Virus record (IMG/VR): IMGVR_UViG_3300042508_000910
Source of the DNA: a virus
Reading direction: 5' to 3' (one strand)
Length of the DNA stretch: 64,000 nt
Each line of letters begins with the position of its first letter. Positions within the stretch are counted from its first letter, which is position 1. The position numbers were made by a program, and so were the translations under genes. Of this stretch, positions 59,101 through 64,000 are shown in pieces. The notes under the pieces are model-generated. The model was not told the origin of the DNA and made no database searches. It saw nothing but the letters and a program-made list of their open reading frames with translations.

Positions 59101-61592
59101 TCTATAAAATCTATAACTTTTGAAATATGAATATCCTCATTTTCATCAAAAGCTAAAACTTCATCATCTACTTTAATTTTTTCAATTTCGATGTCGCCTT
59201 TTGGAGTTTTTACTTTTGTTCCTTTTGCAAAACATGTTCCTTTGAAGACGCAAGAATAAACGTCTCCAGCTCTTGGGGCAAGAGTTACTCCAATATACAT
59301 TGTAAATCTTGTAAAGATATAATTAAACGCACAACTATCTGTAAATCTTACATAATAAGTATATGTTCCATTTGCATTTGGAATTCCATTTGGGTAAGCT
59401 AAAAGCTTGCTTTTAGGTAATCTTTGGTTTGCAAATTCAGAAGTTGTGTCAAAACTAGGGCCAGAATCAAATACCACTTGATGCTCTACTGTTGATGGAC
59501 TCATAGATATAATTGGAACATTTTGAGCTGGATCAGCACTTATACCAGTTTTAGTATTACCGCCAGACGTTACATCTATATTCTGTGAATAAGGTTTTGA
59601 AACTGGTCCATTTGTACTATCTGGTGGATAACAAGCGTTACCTATACCATCTACAAGCCCAGCAGATGCAAAATCAACATCGTATGTGCCATTAATGTCT
59701 ATTGTACCAATTATATTTCTAAATTCACGAGCAGGATTACGTATATTTTCTACTGATATCCAAAGACACGTTTCTGCATCTTTACTATTACCAGGAATAA
59801 AAGTTAAAAAATTAGCATTCGTTGAGTCATAGTTGATTTGCAATCCTTCTAATTGAATCCCGTCAGGATATCCATCCTTACGGATTTTGTCAAATTCATT
59901 CTTGTTAATTTTCTTATATTTAATAAAATCGCCTAAATTTGGAGAAAATATAGATGTTCGACTACTAATTAAAGATTTTATAATAAATTTATTATTTTTT
60001 ATAATATCAAAGTTTCCTTGAGGTAAATTAATTGTAGAAGGAAAAGAAGCTCCTTCATTTGGATTTCTTTCAATATAATCTGTAAAATTAAAAGTTAAAG
60101 TTACTTTTGATGTTGTTCCTCTATCATTAGAAGCGCTTGCATATGCGTAAAAAATTCCAGCATGTTTAACTGTTCCTGATATTACATTTTTTGTAGCGTT
60201 ATAAGAAAGTCCATCAGGTAAAGAAGATATTGCTATGATCCTTTGTTTTCCATTTAATCCGCGTATTGAATTGCTGAATTTATCTCCAACTGAACCACCA
60301 TAAGTAAATGCAGAAATAGTTGGTAATGGGCCAGTAGTTGCTTGTTTCCCAACTATAGCACTTAGATTAAATTCTTTCTGGTTTCCAGAATCAAAATCTG
60401 GGCCACGAATAGTAAATAATAGATTTTGTATTTCTATCTGATCTTTAATACTATTAGAAACTGTACCAGATATAGTTTTTGTTTGATGATTAAAAGATAA
60501 ATTTAAATATTGAAGTAAATCTTTTGTTTTTGGTGGTACGTAAACACTAAATTGACTTGAAGATATTAAATTCGTTGTTATAGTATAACTAATAGACTGC
60601 CCTTTAAATAAACTTATTGTTGGCGCACTAGTAACATACATTGGATCTTGAATATCACTACTTTGACATTTTATAGTAATACTTCTTGTTGATTTAAATG
60701 TTTCTGTTTCATAAACTGGTTTGTTTCTTGTACCTACATTGACTACTTTGCTACCACGTACATGAGTAGTAATATAACCTGTATCATACCCAACGATATT
60801 AATCTTATTTTTTATGAAATTTTTATTTTTTGTGATATTATATGTATATAATTGTGCAAATCCACTAGTAGTTACCGATCTTGTTGCATAAGTAAATCTA
60901 AATAAATCTCCACTAACATAATTAACTGTTCCATAAGTTTTTAATCCAAGATTACTTCCGCTTGAAAAAATAACATAAATTCTGTCTCCTACAATTAAAC
61001 CATGGTTACTATAAGTCACGCTAACTTCATTACCATTTTGAGAATAACTAACATCATATACATCAGAAAATCTAATAGGATCATTTGAATTCGTTTCTGC
61101 AATAGAACTGAAACCATTAAATGTAAAATAAGATGGTAATGTATCTGTTTGAAATTGTGTTATAAATGGTTCATTTTTTATCGCCGATAAAACCGTTGCA
61201 TTTGATACGGTTTTATTTATAAAATTTTGATAAGCCGCAGTTATTGATGCTGGAGTTATACCAACTCCTGGGCTTCCATACATAATTAACCCATCTGTTA
61301 AACTCCAAACGAACCAAAATCCTCGACTATTATCAATTCCATTAATTTTTATCGCATTATTTTGAGACACTGGCCAAGACCTTAATGAACCAGGAGAAAA
61401 TATTGGATTATAAGCATCAAGCATGTCATCAACATTTGCGAGCATATCTGTGGTAGGCTCATTATTAGCATCATATGGTTGTCCAATATCGTTATAATTA
61501 TTAAAATTATCAAAAGATACTCCATTTTCTCCGCGATATGCAAGTCCTTCAATATATTTATTTGGATCGCAATCTTTACATTTTTTAGCCAT
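56166..61592 (-). CDS. Central tail fibre / tip attachment protein J with N-terminal Ig-like extension and Hint domain
   Basis: EGPIEG, WDGTFK.AWTDNPAWCFYD, RYGLG, DKWTLYEI.KYCDELV.DG.GG.EPRFTCN, GCTSEGQA.R.GKW (lambda J hallmarks). Confidence 0.92.
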   Translation of the reverse strand: MAKKCKDCDPNKYIEGLAYRGENGVSFDNFNNYNDIGQPYDANNEPTTDMLANVDDMLDAYNPIFSPGSLRSWPVSQNNAIKINGIDNSRGFWFVWSLTDGLIMYGSPGVGITPASITAAYQNFINKTVSNATVLSAIKNEPFITQFQTDTLPSYFTFNGFSSIAETNSNDPIRFSDVYDVSYSQNGNEVSVTYSNHGLIVGDRIYVIFSSGSNLGLKTYGTVNYVSGDLFRFTYATRSVTTSGFAQLYTYNITKNKNFIKNKINIVGYDTGYITTHVRGSKVVNVGTRNKPVYETETFKSTRSITIKCQSSDIQDPMYVTSAPTISLFKGQSISYTITTNLISSSQFSVYVPPKTKDLLQYLNLSFNHQTKTISGTVSNSIKDQIEIQNLLFTIRGPDFDSGNQKEFNLSAIVGKQATTGPLPTISAFTYGGSVGDKFSNSIRGLNGKQRIIAISSLPDGLSYNATKNVISGTVKHAGIFYAYASASNDRGTTSKVTLTFNFTDYIERNPNEGASFPSTINLPQGNFDIIKNNKFIIKSLISSRTSIFSPNLGDFIKYKKINKNEFDKIRKDGYPDGIQLEGLQINYDSTNANFLTFIPGNSKDAETCLWISVENIRNPAREFRNIIGTIDINGTYDVDFASAGLVDGIGNACYPPDSTNGPVSKPYSQNIDVTSGGNTKTGISADPAQNVPIISMSPSTVEHQVVFDSGPSFDTTSEFANQRLPKSKLLAYPNGIPNANGTYTYYVRFTDSCAFNYIFTRFTMYIGVTLAPRAGDVYSCVFKGTCFAKGTKVKTPKGDIEIEKIKVDDEVLAFDENEDIHISKVIDFIDHNKEPQPIYQIELEDGTIIKSTLSHQFLVNGEFKFLNDIEVGENLTSFDKKKLQIKSKKYIGMDVVYNLEVDKYHTYIAENIFVHNGRGPGIKIGTVECSRKGGCRIYTSRGWQTKRAYNYSENVTLTSSSIPANCTTLVSQAAATSTIINYGYQYRNSLLESKDIGITSLTNISILDVLGEGPIEGIVDYEIIPNPGFQKGDIGYKNGVTIKRYPGNSSLIRSVYWNEIPLADNTYPNNGSLNFEFIRLKFDNGDSAPRHTNIDELKNISLEEEYYSRQIQNGIYVNYLKARDENGTVIAEQIKLPKRLTSTKTVGSKLFGKRKFQDGSEKTYKKSITILTKDLYGLKLHIKALSLFKQIVDLTIWDTSDQAAENSVGGRIDRQSMTFKLYLKRVDRGVDSGGLVITPIKPDLNLPEEYSTLIMTGKLNAGPYIETFEWTGLDKETNDNTIGWEIEIEPTYTESVDANILLKSAIDSITEIYNDFLVLPHTAGVMTTFDARFFQSIPQRAYDTRLLKVKVPTNYNPFSKTYDPPIWDGTFKLAWTDNPAWCFYDIITNKRYGLGKYIDPQFTDKWTLYEISKYCDELVSDGRGGLEPRFTCNVLISTREDAYKVMNDMASVFRAIVYYSAGLIMTSQDRPKESIYLFNNSNVKDGEFTYSNTSKRVRRNVALVRYNDKENFYKPAVKYVENRDGLIKFGIREIEVSAFGCTSEGQAERLGKWTLLSENFESELVNFETSLPALYLKPGDIILVQDQNRQNKVLGGRTFSLDKNSAILDVKYEDISGFLPAIQGCKFNILTPAGNIEIGTEAGNEAMTYTGNNIIPYKDGNINAISSGISTSLIRRKQVQTIEYNNTTLENGTQSIFADAISLETGTNFNGFTRINFGTSELDNVEHTLLQNTVWTIEVDPNFYDFSKSPSVSGFSNTGLYPGAYLEPYLDKTQKFRILDIEEQEENRYKVTALQYDETKYALGDDI
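58842..59234 (-). other. Hint domain in gpJ (BIL/PT-HINT-like, 131 aa)
   Basis: CFAKGTKV...STLSHQF...VYNLEVDKYHTYIAENIFVHN, followed by Gly. Confidence 0.9.
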
Positions 61593-61593
61593 A

Positions 61594-62907
61594 TTAATTT
61601 CCTGCGTTTAATGAAGAATCTGACAAGGAGTTTCCTTGTACATCTTGAATATCTATGGCCGTACCATAATGAGTAAAGTAATAACTTTTAGTTGGATAGT
61701 TTTGTTGTCCTGCATCCTCTGGAGGTTTACCTGCACTATCATATTTATTAGCTCTAGACTGTATACGATATAATTGATCATAAGAACTAAATACTTGATG
61801 ACTTCCTACAATTAATCTTCCATAACCTATTGGAATTGGACCACCTTCTCCTACCGTATTGACTGGTCCATTAAAAGTATAAGAAGGTTCACCTCCACCA
61901 CTATCAGGCGAAGCTTCAAAATCTGCAGAAGGATTAGCGATTTGTTGTGGACTTACCATTGGTGGTGGTTTCATTAACAACATTGAGACTCCTAGAGAGA
62001 TTAAACCAACTATAGCTGGAAGTAAAGCTCCTAATAGACCAAGAGATCCTCCACCAGTTATAGGTGATAATAAAATACCTAAAAATATAGCAAAGATACC
62101 TTTAACTCCACCACCCATTCCTCCCTTTCCTCCACCAGCTTTACCACCTCCTCCATTATGTACTCTTATTTCATCTGCAATATAGGTATGATATTCTTTA
62201 ACATGAAAATTATAAGTTTTTTCGAAACCTATTTCTTCTATATTTTCTATTGGAAGAACATCTCCGCTTTCATGAATTAATACATCTCCAATTTGAAATT
62301 TTTCAAGAGGCGCAAATCTATTATATTCATTTAAAAACCAATGGTTTGGAGTAGCTTTTATAATTTTTCCACCCCATAAAGTAACTTTTAGAATCTTATT
62401 AGATTCATGTGAAAAAGTTTTTTCTATTATATCTTCGTGAATTTTCCCATCTTTATCAAAAGATAAAATCTTATCTCCTTCTTTTAGATCTTCAATATTT
62501 GATAAACCATTAGGCGTAGATATTCTTGTTCCAGATGGAAAACATCCTCCACCACCTCCACCACCTCCGCCTCCACCAGCACCTTCTAAAATTGGAACAA
62601 CATCGATTGTTTTCAATTCTTTTCCGAAATTCATAACAATTTCTGATTTATTCAATATTTCAAAATGCTCTCTTTTTAAATCTTTTAATTCTTGAGGTAG
62701 TTTTTCTGGTTTTGGAACCCAAACTGGACGATTATTTATTAAAATTTCGTATTTAGCATTCTTCTCTGCTTGCTCAATAAGTAGTTTAGTAAATTTTTGA
62801 GTATTAGCTTCTATTGCTCTAAAAGCCTCGGCAACGCTTGAAACTTCTAGGTTCCATTCTGAACCTAATTCTTCACCCAAATAACCATGTAGATTAACCT
62901 TAACCAT
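61594..62907 (-). CDS. Tail assembly protein I (ubiquitin-like N-terminus) with Hint domain
   Basis: V.LHG.LG...W.LEV.S.AEA.RAI...I.VVP.LEG; C-terminal SY.FNGPVNT...G.PIPIGYGRLIVGS. Confidence 0.88.
   Translation of the reverse strand: MVKVNLHGYLGEELGSEWNLEVSSVAEAFRAIEANTQKFTKLLIEQAEKNAKYEILINNRPVWVPKPEKLPQELKDLKREHFEILNKSEIVMNFGKELKTIDVVPILEGAGGGGGGGGGGGCFPSGTRISTPNGLSNIEDLKEGDKILSFDKDGKIHEDIIEKTFSHESNKILKVTLWGGKIIKATPNHWFLNEYNRFAPLEKFQIGDVLIHESGDVLPIENIEEIGFEKTYNFHVKEYHTYIADEIRVHNGGGGKAGGGKGGMGGGVKGIFAIFLGILLSPITGGGSLGLLGALLPAIVGLISLGVSMLLMKPPPMVSPQQIANPSADFEASPDSGGGEPSYTFNGPVNTVGEGGPIPIGYGRLIVGSHQVFSSYDQLYRIQSRANKYDSAGKPPEDAGQQNYPTKSYYFTHYGTAIDIQDVQGNSLSDSSLNAGN
62155..62544 (-). other. 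Hint domain in gpI (130 aa)
   Basis: CFPSGTRIS...ATPNHWF...TYNFHVKEYHTYIADEIRVHN; preceded by 11 Gly and followed by GGGG. Confidence 0.9.
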
Positions 62908-63653
62908 TATAGTTTGCTCCTATGCCTTAAAACATAACTTGTATGTTTCTTATAAAAGCTATCATATAAATTTACACAAGAAAAAGAATTATAAGGTTGA
63001 TGTAGGATTAAATTATTACCTAGAAAAACAGCCGCATGAGTTGGATATTCTTCTGAAACACTGGGAAAAAGCATCATTAATCCATCTGATTTTTTCAAAG
63101 GAGTATCCTTATCTAATTTAACAAAACCTTGTTCTATAAAATTATTTTCATATAAACTTTTAATATCTTTTAATGATCTTGGATAAGAATTTATCTTTGG
63201 AAAATTAATCTTAACATTCTCTTCTTTTAAAGCGTACTCTTGCATTAATGTAAAACAATCTGATCTACCTAACATAAATGGTCTTCCAATATAGGGGTTC
63301 TTCTCAGAATTTGGACTATAAAATTTAAATTCATCATATTTAACATTATAAAGTATATAATGTATATTATATTTGTTACTATTCTCTTTATCCATTTCGC
63401 TAAATTCTAAATTATCATTAGAATGAGAATGATAGCATGCTGTAATTTTCCCTAATAAAGTGCATGATAAATATTCTTGAGGAGAGATTAAAAAATTATT
63501 GTTTTTTTGATTTGCTGTATTTTTACATGGATAAATATCAAATTTATATGTATTTTGGTCAAAATAGATAAAACCACAAACTTCTTGTGGATATTTTTTA
63601 ATACTTTCATTCTTAATCTTTTCTTTAAGTTGAAGGTTAAACTCTAGGTTCAT
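62907..63653 (-). CDS. Tail assembly protein K (JAB/MPN plus NlpC/P60)
   Basis: EVCGFI...HSHS.....S..D JAMM motif; GRPF..G..DC...HAAVFLG...ILH. Confidence 0.9.
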   Translation of the reverse strand: MNLEFNLQLKEKIKNESIKKYPQEVCGFIYFDQNTYKFDIYPCKNTANQKNNNFLISPQEYLSCTLLGKITACYHSHSNDNLEFSEMDKENSNKYNIHYILYNVKYDEFKFYSPNSEKNPYIGRPFMLGRSDCFTLMQEYALKEENVKINFPKINSYPRSLKDIKSLYENNFIEQGFVKLDKDTPLKKSDGLMMLFPSVSEEYPTHAAVFLGNNLILHQPYNSFSCVNLYDSFYKKHTSYVLRHRSKL

Positions 63654-64000
63654 GAAGATTGTGGTCCTTGCTGACTTTGATATTTTCCTTCTACAGATGG
63701 AAAACCTCCAAATGGTAATAGACCAATTAATTGATTTCCATTCGCATCTTTTGGAGATTGTATATTATAAGCAATTAAATTATCTATGATTTCAACATTC
63801 TGTCCAACTGCAGTAGAATATGCGCTATAATTATAGCTACCAGAAAATGTTTTTTGTTGAAAATTAGGATTTTCTTTCCATCTTAATCTGCAACCATTTA
63901 GAGTTTTTGAACATGTGTCTGATAACCAATAATTTTGATTAGGTGGCGCATTAATTGCGTTAGCTGTATGATCTTGAGTGCAGACAAAATAATATTTAAT
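63650..64000 (-). CDS. Minor tail protein L, C-terminal part (truncated by window edge)
   Basis: Read manually: W.SDTCSKTLNGCRLRW...LPFGGFP; ATGA overlap with gpK. Confidence 0.85.
   Translation of the reverse strand: MKYYFVCTQDHTANAINAPPNQNYWLSDTCSKTLNGCRLRWKENPNFQQKTFSGSYNYSAYSTAVGQNVEIIDNLIAYNIQSPKDANGNQLIGLLPFGGFPSVEGKYQSQQGPQSS

Noticed and set aside
58842-62544. Hint domains as canonical selfish inteins
   Set aside because: No homing endonuclease, and Gly rather than Cys/Ser/Thr follows the terminal Asn
13461-64000. Stop-codon reassignment
   Set aside because: Long genes are intact in code 11, all three stops are used, and no suppressor tRNA was found

Overview
A 64-kb segment of a large tailed dsDNA phage with a lambda-like (L-K-I-J) tail tip, read in standard code 11. 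A DUF4032-like gene hints at a Verrucomicrobiota host (low-moderate confidence). (1) 1-13.2 kb is an early/accessory region: short genes in two convergent blocks, six tRNAs, a probable structured ncRNA, and HNH and GIY-YIG nucleases. It is punctuated by nine copies of a 73-bp element (two 25-bp palindromes, consensus TAAGTCGTTGA-N3-TCAACGACTTA, always 48 bp apart around a 23-bp GC-rich spacer) plus three solo palindromes. Nine of these twelve sites lie 6-7 or 16-17 bp upstream of sigma70-like promoters, and the promoter geometry implies leaderless mRNAs. (2) 13.4-50.8 kb (+) is the late region, marked by a GTGTAA upstream motif: a second tail-tube paralog, lysis cassette, protease/scaffold, capsid, a giant fibre, five tandem lectin-like paralogs, head-tail genes, tail tube and a 2699-aa tape measure. 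(3) 50.8-64 kb (-) is an inverted tail-tip module in which both the ubiquitin-like gpI and the central fibre gpJ carry Hint domains ending HN-G. The best novelty candidates are the phased paired-palindrome system and the Ubl-polyGly-Hint/JAB tail-tip arrangement. All family assignments come from motif recognition, not database searches.
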